From a virus: a stretch of DNA of 64,000 nucleotides. How positions within the stretch are numbered: position 1 is the stretch's first letter; each line of letters begins with the position of its first letter. The stretch is from IMG/VR virus record IMGVR_UViG_3300036818_000089, positions 11,797 to 75,796 of that record. One strand, given 5' to 3'. The notes beneath the pieces are model-generated. The model saw nothing but the letters and a program-made list of their open reading frames with translations. It searched no databases and had not been told where the DNA came from. Positions 54,631-63,828 of this stretch are shown here, piece after piece. A program made the translations under genes and the position numbers.

Positions 54631-56295
54631 TCAGTCCTCGTCGAGGTCAGCGCCGGGCAGCGAGAACCGCACACCCGACTTCTTCTTCCGGCCGAGGAAG
54701 ATGTCCGCTCCTGTGCCGACAGTGTCAACGAGGTCGTCGTGTGCGGCGTTGGGGAACCCCACCAACTGTTCCTCAAGCTGGGGGATGGCTTGTTCGTGGA
54801 CGACGTACGGGAGGTCCGCGTACGGCGATGCTGGGCCGGCCGAACTGGCAGCCACGGCCGGTGTGGTGGGTGCGCCGGGGGCACGCGCGATGCGGGGTTT
54901 GGTCTGGTACCAGTTCAACAGCCGCGCCGCCCGCACCTCCTTCGGTTCGCTTTGGTGCACGGTGCGGACCGGCACCGGCATCCCCGTCAACACCGACGCT
55001 TTCCAGGTGTCGCCGCCCTGGTTGGCTTCAACGACGATCCCGCGGGTTTCGGGGTACAGGTCGAGGATGCCGAGCATCCGTTTGCGCAATGGTTCGCCGG
55101 GTTGGATGCGGATCGCCCACGCGGCCCGCACGACTACCCGTTGGTGGTGCGCCGAGTAGCCGATCACCGCGATCGCCGTGTAGTCCGACGTGCCCTTGCT
55201 GGTGACGGCGGGGTCGACGGTGATGATCTGGTGGGTCAGCGCGGGTAGTTCGTGGTGGACGATGTCTTCTTCGTTCCAATAGACCCCGTCCCTGGCCATC
55301 GGGTCGTTCGCGTAGTTCTTCTTGTATGAGCGGGTGTGCGCGATGGACAGCAGCCACGCCAGCGACCACTTCGCCGGCCACAACGACCGCTGCTGCCCGG
55401 TGTCGTCGTCGGTGAGGATCGCCGGGTAGTAGTGCACCCGCCAGTTCTCATCCGCGATCCAGTCCGGGGCTTCCTCGCCGGGCTTGGTGATGGTTTTGAC
55501 CAAGTCGTGGACGATGCTGCCGGGCATCGTGACGGTCCCGACCAGGACGACACGTGCGAAAACCGAGAGGGGGAGCACGGCGTCGGTGAGGGTGGAAAGC
55601 CGCTTCTCCTTCTGATACGGCGAGTAGTTCGACTCGTCCGGTTCTACGTCGTCGCACAAGATCAGATCCGGGCGGCGCCGACCCACCTTCATGCCCAGAC
55701 TGCTGCTGTCGATGCCCTTCGCCCCGAACACAAACCCCGACTCGGCCATGTACATCGACTGCCGGTTCGCCACAGCCCCGCCCGAACGGGTCCGCATCGG
55801 CGTACACAGTTCGGGGAAGTCCTCGCGGAGCAGGTCGTTCTGCTCCATCTCCATCTTGAACGTCGCCAAATGCTGCTCGGCCTGGTTCCCGCTATCGGCG
55901 AACGCGGCGATGAACTTGCGGTGCCCGTGCGCCGCGGCCCATATCGGCAGGATCAGAAAGAACAGGGTCGACTTGCCCGCGTTACGCGGCGCGACATAGC
56001 AGTCGCGGTCCTGCGCGGGCAGCGCTCCCGGCACGGACCACTTGAGGGCCTCCTCGTACACGTCGAGGTGGAACTCGCTGAACGTGACCTTCTCGCCGGT
56101 CTCCGCGCCGCGCAGGTGGTGAGGCAGATAGACCAGCGCGAACAGCAGCGGATCCAGGCGCGTCAACAGCCGCCGGCACTCCGCCACCGCGAACATGCGC
56201 GGGTTGAACTGCCGCAGATAGTCGTCCAGCACGAACAGGCCGGCCCGCTCCCCGTAGAGCGGGCCGGCCGTGGGCACGTCCTGAACGGCAGTCAC
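54631..56295 (-). CDS. terL: Terminase large subunit
   Basis: Walker A APRNAGKST, Walker B LILCDDVE, and nuclease motifs VDPA, DYTA, EANQGG and HDDLVD. Confidence 0.9.
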   Translation of the reverse strand: MTAVQDVPTAGPLYGERAGLFVLDDYLRQFNPRMFAVAECRRLLTRLDPLLFALVYLPHHLRGAETGEKVTFSEFHLDVYEEALKWSVPGALPAQDRDCYVAPRNAGKSTLFFLILPIWAAAHGHRKFIAAFADSGNQAEQHLATFKMEMEQNDLLREDFPELCTPMRTRSGGAVANRQSMYMAESGFVFGAKGIDSSSLGMKVGRRRPDLILCDDVEPDESNYSPYQKEKRLSTLTDAVLPLSVFARVVLVGTVTMPGSIVHDLVKTITKPGEEAPDWIADENWRVHYYPAILTDDDTGQQRSLWPAKWSLAWLLSIAHTRSYKKNYANDPMARDGVYWNEEDIVHHELPALTHQIITVDPAVTSKGTSDYTAIAVIGYSAHHQRVVVRAAWAIRIQPGEPLRKRMLGILDLYPETRGIVVEANQGGDTWKASVLTGMPVPVRTVHQSEPKEVRAARLLNWYQTKPRIARAPGAPTTPAVAASSAGPASPYADLPYVVHEQAIPQLEEQLVGFPNAAHDDLVDTVGTGADIFLGRKKKSGVRFSLPGADLDED

Positions 56296-56299
56296 CGGG

Positions 56300-56708
56300 C
56301 TACCCGCCTGGCTCGGTGGTTCGTCGGACCAGAGTCGGCTGCGAGGACGAGCCTTCGAACTGCCAGTTGTGGCGGTCGGCTACCAGCGTGTAGGTGCGGC
56401 ACGGCCACTCCGGCGGTTCGGACTCCATACCGCCGTAGTCGCAGCCGTTGCAGATCAACCACGGGTAGGTGTTGTCGCGGACCGGGGCGTGCAGGGAGAG
56501 CACCTCACCGGCGATCGGGTGTGTGACCTCTGCGGCCAGTTCGATGTGCGCCGCGAGTTGGGCGTGGTGCCATGCCTGGCTTTCCTCGCGGCGCTGTTGG
56601 GCGGTCGCCGGGTCGGCAGGCTGGGTAGTCGGCCAGCACCTCGGCCGGGATGGAAATCGTTGCACCGAACTTGCGCACGGCCGACAGCAGAGGATCGTCG
56701 GCCATCAC
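56300..56708 (-). pseudogene. Probable frameshifted hypothetical gene
   Basis: MADDPLL...VLADY joins QPADPATAQQR...CNGC...WPC if one C is removed at 56623..56625. Confidence 0.5.
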
Positions 56709-56926
56709 GTCTCCCGCTCGGCGGCGCCCGGTGTGGCTGCGTGGATCACGTCGAGCGTGATGTCACCAGGGAACACCCACACAGCGCGCAGACCCACGGC
56801 ATCGAGGAAGCGGGACATCGCCTCCGCATCGGCCTCGCTCACGTCCTGGCCGACGTTGCCGATCGCCAGGACATCGCCCGGCTTGAGCAGCACCACCCGC
56901 ACCTCGTCCGGCTGCGCGTCGGTCAC
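56705..56926 (-). CDS. Small hypothetical protein
   Basis: GTGA coupling on both sides. Confidence 0.5.
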   Translation of the reverse strand: MTDAQPDEVRVVLLKPGDVLAIGNVGQDVSEADAEAMSRFLDAVGLRAVWVFPGDITLDVIHAATPGAAERET

Positions 56927-57297
56927 TGCGACCACCGCGCGTACAGCCCCGGCTCGTCGTCCTCTTGGTGTTCGTGGTCCCCAGCATGACCAGCGCGCAG
57001 GGTGCACAGGAGCGGGCCGCCGAGTTCCTCGGCCAGCGGCTGCGAGGCTGGACACGGGCCAGGGTAGAGCGGCATCTCGGCGAACTGGACCGGCTCGGCC
57101 AGCAGTGGTTCGAGCTGCACGGGCGCGTTGGCCCGCATCTGGTCGCCGATGTCCAGCAGCGCGTGGGTCATCGCCGCGAGCAAGCCTGCGATCGTCTGGC
57201 TGTCGCCGTCTTGCGGGTAGCCGCCCAGATTGGTGACCGATCGCAGGTTCTCCTGGGCCTCGGCCCGATGGTCGGTGGGCACGTGTTCCGTGGTCAC
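56923..57297 (-). CDS. Hypothetical protein
   Basis: GTGA coupling; C-terminal C..CTL..GH.GDH motif. Confidence 0.5.
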   Translation of the reverse strand: MTTEHVPTDHRAEAQENLRSVTNLGGYPQDGDSQTIAGLLAAMTHALLDIGDQMRANAPVQLEPLLAEPVQFAEMPLYPGPCPASQPLAEELGGPLLCTLRAGHAGDHEHQEDDEPGLYARWSQ

Positions 57298-57818
57298 TTG
57301 GACATCCCTACTACGTACCTCTGTGGCTGCGACTCGGCCTGGCAGATGAGCCACATCGCCCGGTTCCAGCGGGCGTCCGCGAGTGCGTTGTGCTCGCCGT
57401 GCTGCTCGGGTTTAGGTGGCTGCCCAACCGCGTCCCACAGTTGCATCAGCTCGCGGGTGAACATGGGGACCCCGCGCGGCAGGTCGATCATCCGCGGGCC
57501 GAGCAACTGGGCGAGGGAAACGTGGTCGTAGGCGCAGTAGTAGCCCCACAGTTCCAGGTCCTCCCAACTCGCGGTCGGGGCCAGGAACTCCAACACCCGC
57601 GCACGCATGCCGTCCAGCGGCATCCATGCCGGGTCGGAGCGGTCCGGGAGTTGGGCGAGCACGTTCTGCCGTACCCACTCGTTCGCGGTGTCGGGGTCGA
57701 AGTCGGTCGACACCGCGTACAACTCGCGGCCGGCGTCGTCGACCATGCCGACCGAGATCGGGGTGATGGTGCTGCCGTCCTCGATGAATTCGAAGTCGTA
57801 GAAGATGCGTCGGGGCAT
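57294..57818 (-). CDS. DEDDh 3'-5' exoribonuclease (RNase AS/DUF5051-like)
   Basis: FYDFEFIEDG, ISVGMV, YYCAYDHV and HNALADARW motifs. Confidence 0.85.
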   Translation of the reverse strand: MPRRIFYDFEFIEDGSTITPISVGMVDDAGRELYAVSTDFDPDTANEWVRQNVLAQLPDRSDPAWMPLDGMRARVLEFLAPTASWEDLELWGYYCAYDHVSLAQLLGPRMIDLPRGVPMFTRELMQLWDAVGQPPKPEQHGEHNALADARWNRAMWLICQAESQPQRYVVGMSK

Positions 57819-57912
57819 CGCTGGGTGGTCTCCGATCAGTGTGGTGACAGATGGGGTGGAGCGGTTCAAGATCAGTCTTGCCCGCCGGTGACGGATGGAG
57901 ACTTCCCGCAGG

Positions 57913-58524
57913 TCACGGCGATGTCCGATTCGGTTCGTCGCCGAGGCGAGAAGCGTTCGCAGCGTCCTGAGCCTTGGCCGTGTTGATGAGTTCGATGACC
58001 TCCAAGCCGAACTCGCCCGGCGACTCGGTGACCGTGGCGTCCACCTTCACCGCAGCCTTCAGCCCATGCAGATCCATCAACCGGCCGAGGATCGACTCAC
58101 CCCGCGCGATCGCAGTGAGCGTGGCCCCGTGGTCGATCAGCGGCTCCCCGTAGATCGGCTTCCCTGCGCGCGGGTTCTTCCCCCCGTCGTCCAGCTCGGC
58201 TGGTTCCTCGCCGACGACCTCCCGCACCACACGCCCGTCGGACACGACCGGATGCGGCGTCTCGATGATCTGCACGGTCCGCTTCCACAGCGCCTCGTAC
58301 CGGTCGTGCACGACCCGCTTGTACTCGTCGCGGAGCGGGTCAACGGTCTCCCGGATCTCGCACTCCAACCGCCTCGCGACGGTCGACTTGGACAGGCCGG
58401 TCTGGTCGGCGATCTGCCGAATGGTGTGCCCGGCCAGGCGGAGGGTGTAGCAGACCCGCTGCTCCTCGGCGAACCCCGCGTTGGTATAGATCGGCGTTCG
58501 CCACGGCTCAACGCCGCCGGGCAT
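57913..58524 (-). CDS. Terminase small subunit-like HTH protein
   Basis: LRLAGHTIRQIADQTGLSKSTV HTH and C-terminal R..L.GL; upstream of terL. Confidence 0.7.
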   Translation of the reverse strand: MPGGVEPWRTPIYTNAGFAEEQRVCYTLRLAGHTIRQIADQTGLSKSTVARRLECEIRETVDPLRDEYKRVVHDRYEALWKRTVQIIETPHPVVSDGRVVREVVGEEPAELDDGGKNPRAGKPIYGEPLIDHGATLTAIARGESILGRLMDLHGLKAAVKVDATVTESPGEFGLEVIELINTAKAQDAANASRLGDEPNRTSP

Positions 58525-58628
58525 GTCCCGGGTCCTTCGTCCCACGCACGGTGGTGTGGATCATGCGGTGGTTCCTCCTGGTGGTGGCCGGTGTGGTGGA
58601 CCGGCAGGGGAGCGGGGCGGGCCGTGGG

Positions 58629-58802
58629 TTACGTGGCGTCTGTGTCGATGAGGTCGGCGGCCGCGCGTAGTACCTCGGCCAGGCGGGACCGGACGATGTG
58701 CACGGTGCCCTCCGAGGTCACGGGGATCTCGATGTGGCCGACCTCGTACTCGGCGGTGTCACCGAGGCGCATGCGGATCGGGAGGCGGCTGGTGGCTGCC
58801 AT
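58629..58802 (-). CDS. Small hypothetical protein
   Basis: Coupled to the upstream gene. Confidence 0.45.
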   Translation of the reverse strand: MAATSRLPIRMRLGDTAEYEVGHIEIPVTSEGTVHIVRSRLAEVLRAAADLIDTDAT

Positions 58803-59083
58803 CAGAGGCGCCCGTTCGCTTTGGCGGCGTGCAGTTCGGCTGTGGTGTGCGGGTGGTCTTTGCCCTTCAGGCCGAGGGCTTTGGTGTGCTCTGCGGTCGA
58901 CATGCCGGTGGCCTCTTGGTGGAGGTTGCCGCACAGGCCATGCACCATCTCGGCCGGGACGTGGCGGCCCATGACGGCGAGGCAGCGGTAGTAGTCGTCA
59001 GGTGCGCCCCACCCGATCTCCGCTGCGCCCGCGCCGTGCAGCGCCCATTTCTTGAGCTGGGGTGGCATGTCGCTGTGGGCCAC
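58802..59083 (-). CDS. Conserved small actinophage protein
   Basis: GGAGG RBS; GAAEIGWG.PDD..RC...GLCGNLH..ATG motif. Confidence 0.55.
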   Translation of the reverse strand: MAHSDMPPQLKKWALHGAGAAEIGWGAPDDYYRCLAVMGRHVPAEMVHGLCGNLHQEATGMSTAEHTKALGLKGKDHPHTTAELHAAKANGRL

Positions 59084-59159
59084 GGTAGGCGCCTCCCCGC
59101 TGATCGGCGTGACGGAGCGTCACACGCCGGACCATACGAGCGGGTACCGCCACCAGCCG

Positions 59160-59507
59160 CTACGACGGCGGGTCAGCCTCGTCCCAGGTGTGGCCACACG
59201 CGCGGCACTCCCGGGCCATCACGCGACCGTGGACAGGGTCGGCGCGCTGGCCGGCGAGGTGGTGGTGCTCCACATCGCCGGGCAGCCGGCAACGCGGGCA
59301 GCGCGAGGACAGGTCGAACCGTGGCAGCCCGCCAGCCTGCTCGGCTGCGGCGCGTTCCATCTCCTCGCGTGCCTCGCGGATCGCAGCGCGGTGAGGCGCC
59401 AGACGGGCTGCCAACTGGTCAGCAGGCGACAACGGCGGGTCAGGTCGATACCACTGCCAAGGCACGCCGCAGATGCTACCGACGTGCCTTGGCAGTTTTC
59501 TGGTCAA
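59160..59507 (-). CDS. Zinc-ribbon hypothetical protein
   Basis: CSIC-like, CPRC and CRACGHTW motifs. Confidence 0.5.
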   Translation of the reverse strand: MTRKLPRHVGSICGVPWQWYRPDPPLSPADQLAARLAPHRAAIREAREEMERAAAEQAGGLPRFDLSSRCPRCRLPGDVEHHHLAGQRADPVHGRVMARECRACGHTWDEADPPS

Positions 59508-59622
59508 CGACGGCGACCAGTTCCGTTCTCGGCCGCGTACAGCATGGACCGCGCCGCGTCGAGGTGTTCGAGGGAGTGGCCGACGATCTCATTCCACGTG
59601 GGGAGTTCGTGCGCTCTCGCCA

Positions 59623-60078
59623 TCACGCCTCACCGCCGTCACTGTGGCCGAGAGCGTTGAGGTCGGAGTGCGCCCGGGCGAGGGCTGCGACGAGCCGTGC
59701 GGCGTGTTGCTGGGCTTCCTCCAGTGCGGCGTGAGCGCTCGACGCACGATTAACAGCCGCCTGGTGGCCGCCCCTGCGGTTGGTGGCGTCGTACAGCGTC
59801 GGGTCGCCAGCGAAGTCGACGCACCGCTGTTCGAACTGCCGGAACGTCTGGTCCAGCATGGCGACGGCGCCGTGGATGTTGCTGACAAGGTGGCTGGCCG
59901 TTGAGGCGTAGGGGAGTGCGGTCTGGGCTCCCTGGCCGGTGGCGTAGTTGAAGTAGCGCACGGTCTCGTAGAGCGTGCCGCCGGCGGCGTAGGTGAGGTC
60001 TTCGTTGTACGGCCCGTGGAGGGGGAAGTGCTGTCCGACGATGGTCTCCGGGTCGAGCGGTTCGGTCCGACGGTTCAT
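59623..60078 (-). CDS. Hypothetical protein
   Basis: AAGGA RBS; VRYFNYAT motif. Confidence 0.55.
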   Translation of the reverse strand: MNRRTEPLDPETIVGQHFPLHGPYNEDLTYAAGGTLYETVRYFNYATGQGAQTALPYASTASHLVSNIHGAVAMLDQTFRQFEQRCVDFAGDPTLYDATNRRGGHQAAVNRASSAHAALEEAQQHAARLVAALARAHSDLNALGHSDGGEA

Positions 60079-60103
60079 GGTGGTGGTGGTTCCTTCCTGG
60101 TGG

Positions 60104-60334
60104 TTAGCGGGTTGGGTAGCCCTGGTGGTCGTCGTACAGGTCAAGGTGCTCGGTGGTGGTGCCGTCTGTCTCGATGACGGTTGCCTCGTACCACCACGGG
60201 CGACGGTCCCGCAGTTTCGGCGAGTCCGGGCGCGGTAGCCGATCCTTGATGGTGACCCAGCGGCCCCACGCGTAGATCGGCATGCCAGCGGTCATGTCCC
60301 GCACGCGAACGCGTCTGGCATGGTCCTGGGTCAT
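60104..60334 (-). CDS. Small hypothetical protein
   Basis: ATGA coupling. Confidence 0.45.
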   Translation of the reverse strand: MTQDHARRVRVRDMTAGMPIYAWGRWVTIKDRLPRPDSPKLRDRRPWWYEATVIETDGTTTEHLDLYDDHQGYPTR

Positions 60335-61017
60335 CTCGTGTCGGGACCGCAGGTGGCGAGCATGGCGGCGAGCGCGGTCTTCTCGCTGGCGGTGACGGTC
60401 AGATGCCAGCGGGTCTTCACCAGGACCCAGCCGGTCGCGTAGGCGCAGTCCTCGCTGCGGTTCGGGGGCTCGTAGATCGGTGGCGCGTCGTCGCCTTTCG
60501 ACCGGTTCGAGTGCGCGGTGACCGCGACCAGCTCGCCGCCGTCGAGGTCGTTGGCGAACTCCTCCCGCTGCGCCGCAGTCCAGCGCGCGGCACCGTCGCG
60601 CCAGGCGTCGGCCAACGGCACCAGATGGTCGATGTCCAAGGCGTGCGGATCGGTTTCGGTGAGGCCGTCGTACAGGGACACCCACCGGCCCGCCGTCACC
60701 GTGCAGTGGTGGCGGGTGACCGTGGCGGTGGACTGGTCCACGAGAACATCGACGCGAGTCGAACAGCCATCCGGTTGGGTGGCCCACCCGTCGCCGAACC
60801 GGTCACGGCTGTAGCCGGCCATGCTGCCGTCCGCGGCGACCGGGAGCGCCCCGAGCTGGGTGGTGGCCGCGGTGGGTGTGGTGCTCGCCGACGTCGGCGA
60901 GCTGTGGGCCATGGTGTAGACGACCAAGGCGATCGCGGCGGCGATGACGGCCAGGGCCGTAGCGGTGTGGCGGCGGCGAGGCGTGCGGGTGCGGGTGCGG
61001 GTGCGGTAGTAGGGCAT
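60331..61017 (-). CDS. Secreted or membrane-anchored DUF1524 (His-Me finger) endonuclease
   Basis: Arg-rich N-terminus plus TM; YSRDRFG.GW, IDHLVPL, FAND and SNRSKGD motifs. Confidence 0.85.
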   Translation of the reverse strand: MPYYRTRTRTRTPRRRHTATALAVIAAAIALVVYTMAHSSPTSASTTPTAATTQLGALPVAADGSMAGYSRDRFGDGWATQPDGCSTRVDVLVDQSTATVTRHHCTVTAGRWVSLYDGLTETDPHALDIDHLVPLADAWRDGAARWTAAQREEFANDLDGGELVAVTAHSNRSKGDDAPPIYEPPNRSEDCAYATGWVLVKTRWHLTVTASEKTALAAMLATCGPDTR

Positions 61018-61547
61018 CAGGCCACCGCCGTCCCCACAGCCGCCACCGCGAGCCACAGCCAATGCCAGGACTGGTCCAGCGCGTACGCCCCGGTGCCGAG
61101 GGTCGGGTTGTCGATCGCGGGGACCTCGAACCCGTTCATGTCCCACAAGCTGACCAGCTGGTTGTCCTGGGTCAGCGCCTTGACCGGGCGGGGCGCGCCG
61201 AGCGTCCAGAACTCGCCCTTGCCCGCGAGGCGCGCGAGCGCGGCGAGAGTGCCGCGCCTGTCGGCCCAGTAGTGGGTGACCGCCGACACCGCCTGCCCCG
61301 CTACGAACCCGGCGGGGCTGATCGGCAGCCGGAACAGCCACCACATCGCAGCAACCGAGGCCGCGGTGACCAGCGTGTAGGAGGCGACGTGCCCAGCGCA
61401 CGCCCGGCGACCAACCCAACCGGCGTGTCCCTTGCGGATCGCCTGGCGGGAGGTTTGGACCCAGTGGTCGGCCACGTTGTGGGCGACCAGCAGTGTGGGC
61501 AGCACGACCGCGAAGGTGACGGCCGCGCCCGTTAGGGCTTGGTTCAT
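61017..61547 (-). CDS. DUF3307 family membrane protein
   Basis: HNVADHWVQT, H..SY, THYWADRR and LDQSWH motifs. Confidence 0.8.
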   Translation of the reverse strand: MNQALTGAAVTFAVVLPTLLVAHNVADHWVQTSRQAIRKGHAGWVGRRACAGHVASYTLVTAASVAAMWWLFRLPISPAGFVAGQAVSAVTHYWADRRGTLAALARLAGKGEFWTLGAPRPVKALTQDNQLVSLWDMNGFEVPAIDNPTLGTGAYALDQSWHWLWLAVAAVGTAVA

Positions 61548-61598
61548 GGAGGGTGATCTCCGTTCTGTCCGAGTGTGGTGACGGATGGGATGTGGGAC

Positions 61599-61784
61599 CT
61601 AGCGGCGGGGGATGAGGGCGGTGCGGCCGTGCCCGTTCGGACACCGCGGGGCCGGGTTTTTCTTGGCGTACCGGATCTGGACGGCGTCGCATGAGGCACA
61701 GCCGTACCGGTAGGCCCTGCTCCTGCTGCCGCCAGGGTCGGGTGGCAGCGGCGACAGGTTGAACGTCTGCGAGATGCTGGCCAT
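61599..61784 (-). CDS. Small zinc-ribbon protein
   Basis: CASC...CPNGH; dispersed motif at 61806..61819. Confidence 0.5.
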   Translation of the reverse strand: MASISQTFNLSPLPPDPGGSRSRAYRYGCASCDAVQIRYAKKNPAPRCPNGHGRTALIPRR

Positions 61785-61846
61785 ATGGGTCCTTCTCCTG
61801 TTCCTTGTGGTGACGGATGGGATTTCGTTGGTACATAAGGAAACGG

Positions 61847-62977
61847 TCACATCTTCATGTGCTTGAGCGGATTGTCGCGGATCCGGTCGGCCGCCCGGAC
61901 GTAGCCCGCTGGGACGGGGGACTGGGGGTTCCAGCGGCCGTGCCCGGCCCACAGCGGCATCGGCACGCCGTCGGACTCGGCCTGCGTGGCGAATCCGGCG
62001 CGCAGGCCGTGCGCCGAGTACTCCCACCAGCGGGCCAGACCAGCCTCACGGGCGGCGCGTTTGACGATCTCGTTGATGGCGTGGCCGCTGATCTTCGGGT
62101 AGCGGTACAGCGTGTCGTTCTGGGTGACCGAACGGAACAGATACCCGCTGGTCACACCCCGCTCGGCCAGCGCGGCGAGGTAGTCGTGAAGCAGCCCGAC
62201 CGGGTCGGTGTCCACGTGCTCGCCGGCCGGGACCGGAACCAGCTCGCCGTGGGCGTCCTTGTCTGTCTTCGACGTGCGGATGAGGACGTCCAGGTAGCGG
62301 TCCTGGACGGTGACGTCCTCGATGCGCAGCGCGGCCAGCTCGGAGCGGCGCCCGGCCAGCGCCCACCCGATGACCAGCAGCAGGCGGTCCCGTTTCCCGG
62401 CCAGTGTCGGCGGGTCGCTACAGGCCGCGGACATGAGCTGGAGGCGGTCCCGGGTGATCGGGGGTGCCTTCTTCTCGCGGCGCCCGGCGTCGACGAGGTC
62501 ACGCTGGTGGCCGCGCTGCACCAGCCGCGAGGGCAGCGTGACCTCCTTGCTGAGCGGCGGGAAGCCCTCGGCCTGGTTCAACGCGGAGATCGCGCCGCGG
62601 TGATGCTTGATCGTGTTCGTGGCGCGGCCGAGGTCGGCCAGGTGGGCGGTGTAGTCGGCCAGGGTCCCGGCCGCAGTGGGGTAGGGGACACGTCCGTTGC
62701 TCGTGCACCATGCCTCGAACTGCCGTCGCACTCCGGCGTAGGCGCGGCTCGTGTTGGCTGGCACGCCGCTGGCGATCCGCTCGGCCGTACCCGGCAGCAC
62801 CGTGTCGGCGGCGGGCACCGGCACGGCGGGGGAGCGGACGAGTTGGCGTACCCGTTCGCGGGTGACACCGAGCCCTGCACCGATCTGGTCGAATGTCCAG
62901 CCCTCGGCGTGGCGAGTGCGGGCCCACTCGCCCCGGTCCTCGCTGGCGGCCGGGGAAGTGGGAACCAGTTCGGTCAC
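61847..62977 (-). CDS. Tyrosine recombinase (Cre-like resolvase type) with N-terminal HTH
   Basis: RDRLLL...RRSEL, SKTD, HGLRAGFAT, HGRW and catalytic GY; N-terminal GWTFDQIGAGLGVTRERVRQL. Confidence 0.88.
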   Translation of the reverse strand: MTELVPTSPAASEDRGEWARTRHAEGWTFDQIGAGLGVTRERVRQLVRSPAVPVPAADTVLPGTAERIASGVPANTSRAYAGVRRQFEAWCTSNGRVPYPTAAGTLADYTAHLADLGRATNTIKHHRGAISALNQAEGFPPLSKEVTLPSRLVQRGHQRDLVDAGRREKKAPPITRDRLQLMSAACSDPPTLAGKRDRLLLVIGWALAGRRSELAALRIEDVTVQDRYLDVLIRTSKTDKDAHGELVPVPAGEHVDTDPVGLLHDYLAALAERGVTSGYLFRSVTQNDTLYRYPKISGHAINEIVKRAAREAGLARWWEYSAHGLRAGFATQAESDGVPMPLWAGHGRWNPQSPVPAGYVRAADRIRDNPLKHMKM

Positions 62978-63122
62978 GTGGTCGCCTTCCGTGGTCCGGG
63001 TACGTAGGTCATCCGATCGTGGCACTTCGGGCACTTCGCCCCCCGGGCTGGCCGCGCAGGCAGGACGCGTTCGTTGCCACACGCGCACCGGTACACGCAC
63101 TCCGGGCGGCGGCCAAGGTCGC

Positions 63123-63308
63123 TCATCGCGCCTTCCTCGTTGGCAGGGTCTCGAAGACGCCGCTCTCGTTCTCGACCTGGACCACCTCAGCGTGGACCGG
63201 GTTCTCCTGGCACGGGGTCAGAAGCGGTGAGTCCGGGTACTCGGTGGCGTCTTCGATCAGCCGCTGCGCCTCGGCGTCGTTGTTGACGCGGAGCAGGATG
63301 TACTTCAC
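63123..63308 (-). CDS. Small hypothetical protein
   Basis: GAGGAG RBS. Confidence 0.5.
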   Translation of the reverse strand: MKYILLRVNNDAEAQRLIEDATEYPDSPLLTPCQENPVHAEVVQVENESGVFETLPTRKAR

Positions 63309-63399
63309 GGCGCTGGTCTCCTCGGTGGTCGGGGACTCATTCAGGCCGGTCTCGGTTCCGGCGACGCCTCACGGCGTTTCGTCCAGACGGATGAGTGGG

Positions 63400-63828
63400 T
63401 TAGCGGCGGCGTCCCCTGCGCTGGGTCGCCTCGTCCGCGATCATCTGATCGGCGACACGCACCGCATCCGCGAAACCGCCCTCCGCAGCGACCGTGGTGT
63501 CATCATCGCGGCGGTGGTCATGGACAACCGCCCGCCCGCCGCGTTCCAACTCGACCACGGTGAAGACGTGCTCACGGGTCCAGTAGTCCATGAACGGCTG
63601 CGACCGCAGACCGATCGGGAGGTCGCCGTCGTAGGCCGCCATCCATTTGAGGTCCCCGGGCCAGTCGATGGGGTAGCCGTCGATGGCGATGCCCTGGGTG
63701 TACAGGGCGGTGATGGCGTTGACTCGTTCGGCTTCGGTGTCGCTGTGGCCGGCGAGGTACTGCCGGTTCACGGCCGCTTGGTAGTCGGTGTTCTTTTGCT
63801 CGGTCCGGCTGATTCGGTTTCGCGGCAA
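63400..63828 (-). CDS. Hypothetical protein
   Basis: GAGGA RBS before TTG 63828; dispersed motif at 63851..63864. Confidence 0.5.
   Translation of the reverse strand: MPRNRISRTEQKNTDYQAAVNRQYLAGHSDTEAERVNAITALYTQGIAIDGYPIDWPGDLKWMAAYDGDLPIGLRSQPFMDYWTREHVFTVVELERGGRAVVHDHRRDDDTTVAAEGGFADAVRVADQMIADEATQRRGRRR

Noticed and set aside
54800-54910. Pro/Ala-rich insertion in the terminase nuclease domain as an intein
   Set aside because: Only about 30 aa, with no intein terminal motifs (N-terminal C/S, C-terminal HN); likely a flexible loop.
60982-61005. GTGCGG tandem repeat
   Set aside because: Encodes RTRTRT in the basic N-region of a signal anchor; an in-frame 6-bp unit with no evidence of phase variation.
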